NCBI GenBank assembly: GCA_963833095.1
Contig: CAWHWQ010000005.1
Coordinates: forward strand, 1 to 64,000
Source: Vulcanimicrobiota bacterium
GTDB taxonomy: Bacteria > Vulcanimicrobiota > Vulcanimicrobiia > Vulcanimicrobiales > Vulcanimicrobiaceae
Reading direction: 5' to 3'
DNA: 64,000 bases
Shown: positions 1 to 9,759 of the stretch, piece by piece
How the letters are laid out: each line of letters begins with the position of its first letter
How positions within the stretch are numbered: position 1 is the stretch's first letter
Made by a program: the position numbers and the translations under genes
The notes under the pieces: model-generated
The model's database searches: none
What the model was told of the DNA's origin: nothing
What the model saw: only the letters and a program-made list of their open reading frames with translations

Positions 1-223
1 CATCGAGGTCGAGCGTCTCGTCGACGCAGCCGCGCGCAACCGGTGTCTCACGGCGCGCAAAGTGCTCGGTGTAGGTGCGTTCGCGCCCTTTGGCGGTGAT
101 GACCAAATTGCGCAGACCCTGCGCGCGCGCACCATACGCCACGTCGAGCGCAGAATGGCTGCCGATCGAGCACAGCGTCAATCCCGAACGGTCGTACGTC
201 TTTAGGACGTTCCGGAGGTTCAC
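1..223 (-). CDS. PurP-family ATP-grasp protein (second paralogue), N-terminal part only; runs off the window
   Basis: Not in the ORF track. Manual translation from GTG at 223: MNLRNVLKTYDRSGLTLCSIGSHSALDVAYGARAQGLRNLVITAKGRERTYTEHF, carrying the PurP GSHSAL motif also seen at 10874-11896. Confidence 0.8.
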   Translation of the reverse strand, partial: MNLRNVLKTYDRSGLTLCSIGSHSALDVAYGARAQGLRNLVITAKGRERTYTEHFARRETPVARGCVDETLDLD

Positions 224-266
224 GAAGCGAATCTCGGGGTCCGAGCGTTTAGATCGGAGGAACTAG

Positions 267-1569
267 TCACCGAACGCGTGGGGTTCGCAGAAGGACAGGC
301 GTATGGCATAGTCGTGAGTATAATCGAAGCAATGATACGCCGCCAGGGCTACCGCTTTCGTCTGAAGCCGAGCGTAGCCGACGCCGCAGCACTGCGCCGC
401 TTTCTCGGTTGTTCGCGGTTCGTCTGGAACGAATTTCTGGCAATGAATGAGCTGCGTTATGAACGCGGTGAGAAACGGCTGGGCTACTCCGTTATGAGCC
501 GCTATCTTACATTCTTGAAGGAGGAGTACACGTTCTTGCGCGAGGTCCATTCGCAACCACTGCAGCGTACACTCCGTGACCTGGACACCGCTTACCGTCG
601 CGCACTCAATCCGAAACTCACCGCGCGCTTTCCGCGCTTCAAGAAGCGCGGGCGTCCGATCGGTATCCACTTTCCGCAAGGCTTTCGCATCAACGGGAAC
701 AGCATCTATTTGCCGAAGATCGGCTGGGTTGGCTTTCGCAAGAGCCGCGAGATCGCCGGAACCCCGAAAAACCTCACGGTATCCTGCGTGGGTGACCAAT
801 GGTTTATCGGCATACAAACTGAACTCGCTATCGCAGAGCCCGCGCATACATCGATCTCGGCGGTCGGAATCGACCTTGGCGTGGCACGATTTGCGGCGCT
901 CTCGGACGGCAGCTTCATTGACGGCGCGAACGCACTCAAAACACACGAGAAGAGGCTGGCGTTCTATCAGCGCCACATGGCGCGCAAAGTCAAATTCTGC
1001 TCGAATTGGCGCAAGGCGAAGGCGAAAGTATCCCGTCTGCTGCGCAAAATTGCGAGTCTTCGCAACGATATGCTCCACAAATCCACCACGACGATCAGCA
1101 AGAGCCACGCGTTTGTCGGGATGGAGGATCTGCGCATCACAAGCATGACAGCTTCGGCGAAAGGAACCGCCAAGAACCCCGGCACGAACGTGCGACCCAA
1201 GAGTATGCTCAACCGCCGCATCCTCGATCAGGGCTGGGGCGAGTTTCGACGTCAGCTCGACTATAAACTCAAATGGAGAGGTGGAACCTTAGTACTTGTC
1301 GACCCGCGTAACACGAGCCGCACCTGTGCCCGCTGCGGTCATGTGAGCTGTGATAACCGTCAATCGCAAGCCGTGTTTTGCTGCGCAGCCTGTGGCTACG
1401 CAGCGAATGCGGACACGAACGCAGCGATTAATATTCTTCGAAGGGCCGGGCAGGCCCGGATCGCCTGTGGAGATTTGCCGCTGGGCAAATCCGCGAAGCA
1501 GGAAGCTCTACATGTCGCATGATGCGACACGTAGAAAAATCCACGGCCTTCGGGTCGGGAGCATGTCAA
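267..1569 (+). mobile_element. IS200/IS605-family element, TnpB only (IS1341-like, no TnpA)
   Basis: Left hairpin CGAAC..GTTCG (271-287); tnpB; right end AAATCCACGGCCTTCGGGTCGGGAGCATGTCAA with subterminal hairpin and terminal TCAA (1566-1569); removing 267-1569 restores a clean cydB end. Confidence 0.8.
332..1522 (+). CDS. tnpB: RNA-guided endonuclease TnpB
   Basis: HTH start (YRFRLKP..GCSRFVWN); RuvC residues in GIDLG, MEDL and NADTNAA; Zn finger CARC/CAAC; ATG at 332 lies 7 nt after TATAAT (319-324). Confidence 0.93.
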   Translation: MIRRQGYRFRLKPSVADAAALRRFLGCSRFVWNEFLAMNELRYERGEKRLGYSVMSRYLTFLKEEYTFLREVHSQPLQRTLRDLDTAYRRALNPKLTARFPRFKKRGRPIGIHFPQGFRINGNSIYLPKIGWVGFRKSREIAGTPKNLTVSCVGDQWFIGIQTELAIAEPAHTSISAVGIDLGVARFAALSDGSFIDGANALKTHEKRLAFYQRHMARKVKFCSNWRKAKAKVSRLLRKIASLRNDMLHKSTTTISKSHAFVGMEDLRITSMTASAKGTAKNPGTNVRPKSMLNRRILDQGWGEFRRQLDYKLKWRGGTLVLVDPRNTSRTCARCGHVSCDNRQSQAVFCCAACGYAANADTNAAINILRRAGQARIACGDLPLGKSAKQEALHVA

Positions 1570-1585
1570 TCCTCGATGACGAGCT
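1440..1585 (+). ncRNA. putative TnpB omega/reRNA (scaffold plus flanking guide)
   Basis: Hairpin CTACATGTCGCA/TGCGACACGTAG (1508-1534) and the right-end hairpin, at the position expected for reRNA; 5' boundary is approximate. Confidence 0.55.
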
Positions 1586-2552
1586 TTCCCTCCATCTGCC
1601 GCATGACGAGCGTGCCGTAGATGACTACGGCGATGAGAGCGACGATCGTGACCGTGAGCCCACTTGCAAGCGCGATCGGTCCGGGTGACGCATCAAAGAT
1701 CGAGATGCCGCCTTGGCTCGGCGGAAGGCTCGGTAAGAGATACGGGTACATCGTGACCGCCGCTTGCACCAAGAGTGAAGCCAGGAACACCGATGACGCC
1801 GCAAATGCGCCCGTCTCGCGTTTGTTCAGTGAAAGGAACAGCACCGCGACGAGCGACGCGAGGGTCAGCAGCGGAATGAGGTCGATCCACGAGAACCCGA
1901 TGCCGCGCTCGGCAATCGTTGCCGCGGTGACCGCGACATAGAGCACGAGCACCACGGGCCACAGACGCGGGACCAGTCTCCGTGCGCGCTCCGTGGACGG
2001 TCCTTCCGTGCGCATGACTAAAAACGTCGCGCCATGAAGCGCCAGCGCCGCGACGGCGAAGACGCCCGCGAGCACGGCGTACGGATTGAGCAGCTCGTCG
2101 AACGTCCCCTGAAAATAGCCTTGTGGCCCCAGCGGAACGCCATGCAGCAAGTTACCCAGCGCGACGCCGAAGAGCAGGATCAACAGCGCGCTGGATGCGG
2201 CGAAGCAGAAATCCCAGAACTGATGCCAGATTGCACTCGGGAGGTGCGAACGAAGCTCCATCGCGATACCACGAAACATCAAAAGCCAGAGCACGATGAT
2301 GAAGGGGAGATAGAATCCCGAGAACGACGACGCGTACGCTTTGGGAAAGAGCGCGAAGAGCGCTGCGCCGCCGGCGATGAGCCACACTTCGTTTCCATTC
2401 CAGAAGGGGCCAATGCTGCGCATCGAACCTTCGCGCTGTCGATCGCTGCGCGCAACGAGCGGGGTGATCGCCGCAACGCCGAGATCGTAGCCGTCGAGCA
2501 ACACGTAGACCGTCACCATGAACGCAATAAGGACGAATGCTGCGATGCTCAT
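1566..2552 (-). CDS. cydB: cytochrome bd ubiquinol oxidase subunit II
   Basis: LLDGYDLGV and IGPFWNGNEVWL motifs; multiple TM helices; follows cydA. Confidence 0.95.
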   Translation of the reverse strand: MSIAAFVLIAFMVTVYVLLDGYDLGVAAITPLVARSDRQREGSMRSIGPFWNGNEVWLIAGGAALFALFPKAYASSFSGFYLPFIIVLWLLMFRGIAMELRSHLPSAIWHQFWDFCFAASSALLILLFGVALGNLLHGVPLGPQGYFQGTFDELLNPYAVLAGVFAVAALALHGATFLVMRTEGPSTERARRLVPRLWPVVLVLYVAVTAATIAERGIGFSWIDLIPLLTLASLVAVLFLSLNKRETGAFAASSVFLASLLVQAAVTMYPYLLPSLPPSQGGISIFDASPGPIALASGLTVTIVALIAVVIYGTLVMRQMEGKLVIED

Positions 2553-3856
2553 GCCGGGCCGTGACCGATCTCACGCAGCGTGAGAAATAAGAAGAGAAAG
2601 CCGAGCAAGAAATACATCCCGACGAAACCGATCAGCGTGAAGATGATTTCGCCGCCGGCAACGGTGGGTGAGGCGGCGCTTGCCGTTCGCATCAAGCCGT
2701 AGATGATCCACGGTTGACGTCCAACCTCGGTCGTGACCCATCCGGCTTCGTTGGCGATGTACGGAAAGGGCATCACGAGCAGCAACAGCCAGAGCAGCAG
2801 CGGCATCTCAAAGAGCCGTTTTCGCCACAGGAATAGCGCGCAGAGCGCGGCGATCCCGGCGAAGATCGTGCCCAAGCCGACCATCACGTGGTATGCGTAG
2901 TAGGTCAAATCCACCGGCGGCCACAGCTCGGTTGCGTACGCGCTCAATCCCTTGACGTTTGCGGTGAAATTGCCGTAGGCGAGAAAGCTCAACATGTCGG
3001 GCACGAAGATCGGGTCGATCAAGGCCTGCGTCTTCGAATTGGGCATGCCGATGATCGCCAGCGGGGCATCTTGCGTCGAGCGGAAGAGCCCTTCCATCGC
3101 CGCGAGTTTGATCGGCTGGTACTTCGTCACTTCGTCGCCGTTGCGATCGCCTGTCGGAAAGACCGCGAGCAGCGAGAAGACCAAGGCCGCGATCACACCG
3201 GCATCGACGAACCGTCGCGCCAAGACCGTCTCGCGCTTCGAGAGCAGATAGTATGCACCGACACCGGCCACGACGAAACTTCCGGCAACCATCGCACCGC
3301 AAAGCACGTGTACGTATTGCCACCAGGCGAAGGGCGAGAGCAGCACCGCCGGCAAGCTGGTGAGTTCGATTTTGCCGCCCGGTGCCATCGCGTAACCGAC
3401 CGGGTGCTGCATCCACGCGTCGGTCACGACGATGAAAAACCCCGAGAGCCACGAGCCTGCCCAGACTGCGACCGCGGAGGTCGAGTAGAGCCATGGCGCG
3501 ACGCGACCTTTGCCCCACAGCAGTACGCCAAGGAAGATCGACTCGAGAAAGAACGCGTACGTGCCTTCCATCGCGAGCGGCTGACCGACGACCGAACCTG
3601 CCTCCGCCGAGAACGCCGCCCAATTCGTGCCGAACTGAAACTCCATCGGAATGCCGGTCACGACGCCGATGGCAAAGTTCACCGCGAAGATCCGCGTCCA
3701 AAAGGTCGCCGCCCGCGCGGCATCGGCATCCCCTCGCGCCGCTTCGATAGTATAGAGCGCGACAAACGGCGCCAGCCCGATCGTCGTGATCGGGAACAAG
3801 TAATGGAACATGATGGTAAACGCGAACTGCAGCCGGTCGGCCGTCACGACATCCAT
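2549..3856 (-). CDS. cydA: cytochrome bd ubiquinol oxidase subunit I (short Q-loop)
   Basis: RLQFAFT..FHYLF, EFQFGTNW, QPIKLAAMEG, TEVGRQPW; start set to ATG at 3856. Confidence 0.96.
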   Translation of the reverse strand: MDVVTADRLQFAFTIMFHYLFPITTIGLAPFVALYTIEAARGDADAARAATFWTRIFAVNFAIGVVTGIPMEFQFGTNWAAFSAEAGSVVGQPLAMEGTYAFFLESIFLGVLLWGKGRVAPWLYSTSAVAVWAGSWLSGFFIVVTDAWMQHPVGYAMAPGGKIELTSLPAVLLSPFAWWQYVHVLCGAMVAGSFVVAGVGAYYLLSKRETVLARRFVDAGVIAALVFSLLAVFPTGDRNGDEVTKYQPIKLAAMEGLFRSTQDAPLAIIGMPNSKTQALIDPIFVPDMLSFLAYGNFTANVKGLSAYATELWPPVDLTYYAYHVMVGLGTIFAGIAALCALFLWRKRLFEMPLLLWLLLLVMPFPYIANEAGWVTTEVGRQPWIIYGLMRTASAASPTVAGGEIIFTLIGFVGMYFLLGFLFLFLTLREIGHGPA

Positions 3857-3982
3857 ACCCGACCATTCTATGACAACGCGGCGCAAGAAGCGACCGCCTT
3901 TCGTCGATCTATGTGCTTGCTTGGTTGAGCCGCCCGTGGGGTCGTGACAGCGTCTACTCGGCGCATTATGATAGCTCGTACC

Positions 3983-5239
3983 ATGAAGCTTCGCTCGCTA
4001 TTTGCCCTAGCGGCGCTCTCGCTAGCAGCCACGACGGGGTGCTCCAAACCGCAGGAGCAGCCGTCACCCGCGCTCGTCCCGACGTCGATTGCGAAAGAGG
4101 CGACGCTCGCGCCAACCGAGCTGTTGCCCGGCACGATCGCGCCGTTCCAGAATGTCGCAATAACGTCGTCGCTCGCCGAACCGACGCTCACGGTCAGCGT
4201 GAACGAAGGCGACATCGTCCATCGCGGCGAGGTTCTCGCGCGGCTGAACACCGACGATCTTCAAGCGGATTACCGGCAGTACATTGCCTCTGCGCAAGGC
4301 AGCGGCGCAACCACCACCCAAGACATCTACACCGCGACGCAGACGATCACGACGAGCGCCCAGAGTTTGCTCTCCGCGCGCGCTATGCTTCGCCAAGCGC
4401 AGCAGACGCTGGCAAACGACTCCTCGAACCTCAAGATCGACGAGTCACTGTTGCAAAACGGATACGTTTCGCAGCAATCGGTCACCGCGCAGCGCACGCT
4501 CGTCGCTAACGATCAGCAGGCGGTTCGTTCCGACCAAGCGTCGCTTACCAGCGCAGTGGCCGCGCGCACGGCGGCCGGCACCATGAGAAAAGGCGTGCCG
4601 GCTTCGATGATCGAGGCCCAAGAAGCAACGCAACAGGAAGCCTACGCGCAGGCAGATCAATATCGCGCGCAAATCGCGCGCGGAACGATCGTTTCGCCGA
4701 TCGACGGAATCGTCGTCAATCGCTACCTCAACCCGGGCGAATACCCCGGCACGCGGCAGCTCTTTACCATTCAGCAGCTCAATCCGGCATATGCCGTCTT
4801 CGACGCATCCGACGCGCAACTGGTCGGCGTCAAAAAAGGCGCAACGGTGAGTTTCACGACCACCGATGCACCCAATCACAAGTATCAAGCTCGAGTTGTA
4901 GCCATACTCGGCCAAGTCGAGCCCGGCTCGACGAGTTTTGTCGTCAAGGCGGTCTTACCGAATCCGAACTACACCCTCACCTCCGGAATGACCATCGCGG
5001 GAACGGTCGCGTTAGCGCCGGTGCGCGGGATTAGCGTTCCGGTAACTGCGTTTCTCGATGATTCGCATTCGTCGGTCATGGTGGTTGCTCCCGACGGCAC
5101 GGTCCACACGACGGCAGTCCGTCAAATCGGGGCCGCGACGCAAACCGCCGCCGTCGTCATCGGCCTTGCGGCCGGGACGCCGATCATCGCGAATGGCCAG
5201 CTGGGGCTTACGGACGGCCAGAAAGTCGCCGTCCACTAG
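3983..5239 (+). CDS. RND efflux periplasmic adaptor (lipoprotein)
   Basis: Lipobox-like LAATTGC; lipoyl-like V.EGDIV and IVSPIDGIV around a coiled hairpin; adjacent to RND permease. Confidence 0.9.
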   Translation: MKLRSLFALAALSLAATTGCSKPQEQPSPALVPTSIAKEATLAPTELLPGTIAPFQNVAITSSLAEPTLTVSVNEGDIVHRGEVLARLNTDDLQADYRQYIASAQGSGATTTQDIYTATQTITTSAQSLLSARAMLRQAQQTLANDSSNLKIDESLLQNGYVSQQSVTAQRTLVANDQQAVRSDQASLTSAVAARTAAGTMRKGVPASMIEAQEATQQEAYAQADQYRAQIARGTIVSPIDGIVVNRYLNPGEYPGTRQLFTIQQLNPAYAVFDASDAQLVGVKKGATVSFTTTDAPNHKYQARVVAILGQVEPGSTSFVVKAVLPNPNYTLTSGMTIAGTVALAPVRGISVPVTAFLDDSHSSVMVVAPDGTVHTTAVRQIGAATQTAAVVIGLAAGTPIIANGQLGLTDGQKVAVH

Positions 5240-8200
5240 ATGGGCCTAACCAAAGTCTTTCTCGAGCGCCCCACGTTAGCTTTCGTTCTGATCGCGCTGA
5301 TTTTTCTCGCCGGGTTCATGGCTCTTCGGTCACTCGTGCAGCAGCAGTTCCCCAACGTCGTGCAGCCGACGATCACCGTTACGGCGAACTATTCGGGTGC
5401 TCCGGCAACCGTGATGCGCGACGACGTCGTCATACCGATCGAGAACCAGCTCGCCGGCGCGCTCGACCTCTACCGGATCAATTCCGTCGTGCAAAGCGGC
5501 ACGGCGCGAATCAGCGCCGTCTTCACGATCACCTCCGACACGTCGACGGACCTCGCAAATACGCTCAAAGCCGTGCAAGCTGCATCGTCGCAGTTGCCCA
5601 AAGAAATGCTCGCGCCGACCGTTCAGATCAACGATCCGAGCGAGTCCACGGTCGTCACGCTCGAGGCGTCCTCAGCAACACTGCCGCTCTCACAGCTCTC
5701 GATGCTGGTGATCAACCGCATCGGGCCGGCCATTCAGCAGGTTCCCGGTATTTCGCTCGTTAGTGAAAACGGCACCGTTACACCGGCTTATGAGGTGTTG
5801 GTCAACCCCTATCGTTTGGCGGCAGCGAATCTCACGCTCAACGACATCTACAACGTCGTCAGCGCGGATAACCAGCGCTTGCCCGGCGGCTACGTCTATA
5901 GTGCCAATCGTCAAACACAGGTCGACATCCGCGGCGACGTTCAAACGCCGGCATCGATTGCCTACCTGCTGATCGCCCCGCCCAGCGGTGCGGCAGCGCT
6001 GCCCGGAATCACGCCGCCCGTCGGCCCGGTGAATCCGTGGACAGTCGGAAACACCGCGCACCGCATCGGTGACGTCGCATCCGTCGTCAACGGAAACGAG
6101 CCACGCCTTCAAATTGCCGAGATCAACGGGCAATCCGCCGTTCTCCTTTCGGTGCAAAAAACCGACCAGGCCAGTGAAGTCAACGCCTCAAATGCCGTGA
6201 TCGCCGCGTTGCCCAGACTCGAGCGAGAATTTCCCGCCGTCTCGTTCCGCGTCATCAACGTGGAATCGCGCTTTACCGAGCAGCAGATCTCCGGTGTCGA
6301 ACGGACGCTCATGGAGGGGATCGTCCTCACCGGCATCGTGATGCTCTTCTTCCTAGGCAATTATCGCGCGGCCATCGTCGTGTTGATCGCCATCCCGACG
6401 TCGCTCTCCGTGGCGCTGTTCGTGATGAAGCTGCTGAACCTGACGTTAGACATCGTTTCGCTGCTGGCCATGACGCTGGTCATCGGTATCCTCGTCGACG
6501 ACTCCACGGTCACGCTCGAAAATATCGTGCGCCACTACAAGCTCGGGGAAGATCCGTTTGATGCCGCGCTACGTGGTCGCAGCGAGATCGGTATGGCCGC
6601 GATCGTCATCACGCTGGTCGACGTGGTGGTCTTCTTCCCGATCGCATTCATGCCGGGACAAGTCGGCCGGTTTCTCCAAGAATTCGGCATCGTTGTCACC
6701 ATCGCAACGCTCACCTCGCTCTTCGTCTCCTTTACGATCACGCCGACGCTCGCCGGGCTCTGGGCGCTCGAGTCGAAGTGGAAGCCCTGGCGTATCATTC
6801 GCGCCTTTCAAGCTGGGGTTGAGCGAATAACGGACTGGTACGCTACCCACGTCTTGCGGTGGGGCCTAGCGCATCCGTTTCTCGTGCTCGGCGTTTGCAT
6901 TGTATCGTTCGTAGGGTCCGTCGCCCTGGTTCCGCTGGGCTTTATCGGCGAAGAGTTCATTCCACCCGAAGACCGCGGCGAAATCTTCTTGCAGCTCGTG
7001 TATCCTACCGGCACGCCGCTGTCCACCGTTCAAGTCGGGGCGCTTGCGGCCGAGCACGTCGTCGATCAGAGTTCGGATCTCTCTGCCGACGCGACCGTCG
7101 CCGGAGCGTACGCGGCTCCATTCGGAGGCTTCGTCTCACAAATTAATGTGGCGCAAGTCCACGCATTCCTCAAGGATAACCGCAAACACCCAACGTCGTA
7201 CTGGGTAAACTACTGGCGCGCGACGATTCCGCGATTGCTGCCCGGAGCAACGGTAACGGTGGTCCCGGTCACCAACATTAATGGTGGCAACTCTCAGCCG
7301 TTTGACATGGTGGTTAGCGACATCACCGGCGGCGACCCGACCCCGTATGCAATAAAACTCTACCAGGTGTTGCTCGCTACACCGGGCGCGACCAACGTCA
7401 ATAGCACCGCTTCCGCGCTCGCCCCGGAGATCGAACTCGAGTTCAATCGCGCGCGCGCGCGACTGCTTGACGTTGATATCGGCCAAGCCTCGATTGCGGC
7501 CGAAGCCGCTTTCGGAGGCGCGATCGCAACCTCATTCGAGCTGCCAACCGGCGAAGAGCAAGTGCAGATCATCTATCCGATCAGCGCTCAGCATCAAGTG
7601 TCGCAGCTCCTGAACATCCCCGTTCGCACCACCGACGGCAACATCGTGCACATGGGAGACTTCGCGCACATTACGGAGGATCCGCAGCCCCCGCTGATCA
7701 TCCGCATCGACCTCAACAACGCCGTCCACCTGCTGGCGAATCCGAGCTCGAGTACGTCGCTGGGGCAGCTCACCAACGCGTTCCTCGCGCGCGCAAAGTC
7801 CGTGCATCTTCCGAGCAATATCACGCTGACCTCGGCGCCGCTGGGTCAGGGTGACTTCATGAACCAACTGCTGGCAGGAATAGGCGCCGGGCTGATTCTC
7901 TCGGTCGTGCTCGTTTTCTTACTGATGGTCGCGCTCTACAACAGTTACATGTCGCCCTTTATCATCATGTTCTCCGTTCCCGTAGCGGCGGTCGGCGGGA
8001 TCCTCGCGCTCTTTTTCACTCACGAGACGTTGAACATGTTTTCGTTGATCGGCACGATATTGCTGGTCGGCATCGCGACCAAGAACGGTATTCTGCTGGT
8101 GGACTATGCCAATACGCTACGCAAACGAGGCGAATCAAAACTCGTGGCGATTCAGGAAAGCGCGCGCACGCGCTTTCGTCCGATCGTGATGACCAGTCTG

Positions 8201-8437
8201 TCGGTCATTGCCGGCAACATTCCATTGGCACTCGCGCTCGAGCCCGGATCGAGCGTGCGCAGCAGCCTCGGCGTCGTTGTCTGCGGCGGCGCGTTTAGCT
8301 CGCTCGTGCTCACGCTTGTGTTGGTCCCCGTCATGTACATGTGGCTCGCGCCCGAAAACTTGCCGGTACCGCACCACGGCGAGGATAACGGCGTCACGCA
8401 ACCTCCGTCAAAAGTTCCCGCGCCCGCGAATCAGTAA
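5240..8437 (+). CDS. AcrB/AcrD/AcrF-family RND permease
   Basis: 1065 aa; proton-relay motifs GILVDD, TKNGILL, RFRPIVMTS. Confidence 0.95.
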   Translation: MGLTKVFLERPTLAFVLIALIFLAGFMALRSLVQQQFPNVVQPTITVTANYSGAPATVMRDDVVIPIENQLAGALDLYRINSVVQSGTARISAVFTITSDTSTDLANTLKAVQAASSQLPKEMLAPTVQINDPSESTVVTLEASSATLPLSQLSMLVINRIGPAIQQVPGISLVSENGTVTPAYEVLVNPYRLAAANLTLNDIYNVVSADNQRLPGGYVYSANRQTQVDIRGDVQTPASIAYLLIAPPSGAAALPGITPPVGPVNPWTVGNTAHRIGDVASVVNGNEPRLQIAEINGQSAVLLSVQKTDQASEVNASNAVIAALPRLEREFPAVSFRVINVESRFTEQQISGVERTLMEGIVLTGIVMLFFLGNYRAAIVVLIAIPTSLSVALFVMKLLNLTLDIVSLLAMTLVIGILVDDSTVTLENIVRHYKLGEDPFDAALRGRSEIGMAAIVITLVDVVVFFPIAFMPGQVGRFLQEFGIVVTIATLTSLFVSFTITPTLAGLWALESKWKPWRIIRAFQAGVERITDWYATHVLRWGLAHPFLVLGVCIVSFVGSVALVPLGFIGEEFIPPEDRGEIFLQLVYPTGTPLSTVQVGALAAEHVVDQSSDLSADATVAGAYAAPFGGFVSQINVAQVHAFLKDNRKHPTSYWVNYWRATIPRLLPGATVTVVPVTNINGGNSQPFDMVVSDITGGDPTPYAIKLYQVLLATPGATNVNSTASALAPEIELEFNRARARLLDVDIGQASIAAEAAFGGAIATSFELPTGEEQVQIIYPISAQHQVSQLLNIPVRTTDGNIVHMGDFAHITEDPQPPLIIRIDLNNAVHLLANPSSSTSLGQLTNAFLARAKSVHLPSNITLTSAPLGQGDFMNQLLAGIGAGLILSVVLVFLLMVALYNSYMSPFIIMFSVPVAAVGGILALFFTHETLNMFSLIGTILLVGIATKNGILLVDYANTLRKRGESKLVAIQESARTRFRPIVMTSLSVIAGNIPLALALEPGSSVRSSLGVVVCGGAFSSLVLTLVLVPVMYMWLAPENLPVPHHGEDNGVTQPPSKVPAPANQ

Positions 8438-8446
8438 GGAATTGCT

Positions 8447-8725
8447 ATGTTCCGCTTCCCATTAACAAAGCAACCGGACATTTCGCGGGAACCGTTTAGC
8501 CCGCAGCCTTTGGAGAAAGCATCGCGCCTGCGTGGCGCCGACGTCACCGAGAGCGTCTGTCCATATTGCGCCGTCGGCTGCGGGCAACTCATCTTCAGCA
8601 AGGGCGGCCAGCTCATCGACATTGAGGGCGATCCTGAAAGTCCGATCAGCGGCGGCCATCTCTGTCCCAAGGGCGCGAACGCCTACCAGCTCGCCGTCAA
8701 TTCACATCGCGCACACCGCGCCTAG
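8447..8725 (+). pseudogene. truncated formate dehydrogenase alpha subunit (N-terminal 4Fe-4S domain only)
   Basis: CPYCAVGCG...GHLCPKGA, then TAG after 92 aa against a convergent gene. Confidence 0.7.
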
Positions 8726-9750
8726 GTCTTTGTCGACGGAAAGAGCTGATCGAGCGCCGGCACCATAGCTTCTTTGGAAGCGTCGACAATGGCGGCGCTA
8801 AAGTCGTGCTTCGGAGCCTTCTTAATCTGACCTTGGCCGGAACTGTAGCCCGCGCTTGCCCCGTTGCACGCGAAGAGGTTTAGTCGAAGTAATGCTCCCG
8901 ACCCGCCACTAAAGGGTATCTGCACAAGGCGCAGTCTCGGAACGATGATGCCCTGCACACCGTTCGAAGCGCATAACTGCTCTGCTGACGCAAACGCCAT
9001 GAGGTGATCGATTGGGGTTCCCAAGGTCACATCCAAATTGCGCTGCTTCATTTGGGCAAGAAGCGCATTCGTTACGGCAGGGGCGTTCGGATCGCCCAAG
9101 CCCGGTTGCTCAACCGGAATCAAGAGAAATTTCGACGTTAGAGCAGGCGTCGGCGCTGTACCTGGATTCGACGGCACGTTTTCGGCAGCGAGATCCGTTG
9201 GCGAAGCGACAACTTCTTGAACGGCGTTTTGCACGGCGCTTTGGAACGCTGCTTCCGGCGCGCTCAATTGCGGGCTCGCGGCGCCCGGACTCACCGGCGT
9301 CAACACGCCGGTCGAACTCTTGTCGCCGGTCGTCAGCGCGCTGTGGCGTACCGTACCCCGGCAATCGACGAGATCGAGCCGAAACTCGACATGCCAATCA
9401 TACGTGACGGTGCTGGCGACAACAAAATAAGATAACCTGCCTGTCGCGTCGACTCGACCCTCCGGGATCAGGATTCCCTGCGCGTTATTCTCAGCGCAAA
9501 TCCGTCCGGCGTTCGCGACTTCATCGAGATGATCGATTGGGGCTACGCTAATCGGCTTAATGCCGGCCGCCGTAAGGTCGGTGACCAGCATCGCCGTCAC
9601 CTTGGGGCCGAATTCGCCGGTGTCAGTCGGCTCCTGATACGGAACGAGCACGAGCTTTCCGGTGGGCGCCGAGGTCTGCGCCGGGGCCACAATAGGCACA
9701 ATGGCCCACGCAACAATGAACAACCCGACAATGAATCGTTGAAGCTGCAT
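8722..9750 (-). CDS. secreted protein with two tandem homologous domains
   Basis: Signal peptide; repeated PIDHL..A...C..N..QGI..P segment. Confidence 0.75.
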   Translation of the reverse strand: MQLQRFIVGLFIVAWAIVPIVAPAQTSAPTGKLVLVPYQEPTDTGEFGPKVTAMLVTDLTAAGIKPISVAPIDHLDEVANAGRICAENNAQGILIPEGRVDATGRLSYFVVASTVTYDWHVEFRLDLVDCRGTVRHSALTTGDKSSTGVLTPVSPGAASPQLSAPEAAFQSAVQNAVQEVVASPTDLAAENVPSNPGTAPTPALTSKFLLIPVEQPGLGDPNAPAVTNALLAQMKQRNLDVTLGTPIDHLMAFASAEQLCASNGVQGIIVPRLRLVQIPFSGGSGALLRLNLFACNGASAGYSSGQGQIKKAPKHDFSAAIVDASKEAMVPALDQLFPSTKT

Positions 9751-9759
9751 GGAGCCGCA

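Noticed and set aside
263..1108. 281-aa ORF antisense to tnpB
   Set aside because: Shadow frame with no motifs; not a TnpA (no HUH/Y1 signature)
8700..8760. Selenocysteine read-through of the fdh fragment
   Set aside because: Stop is TAG, well before the expected Sec position, and no FDH sequence follows
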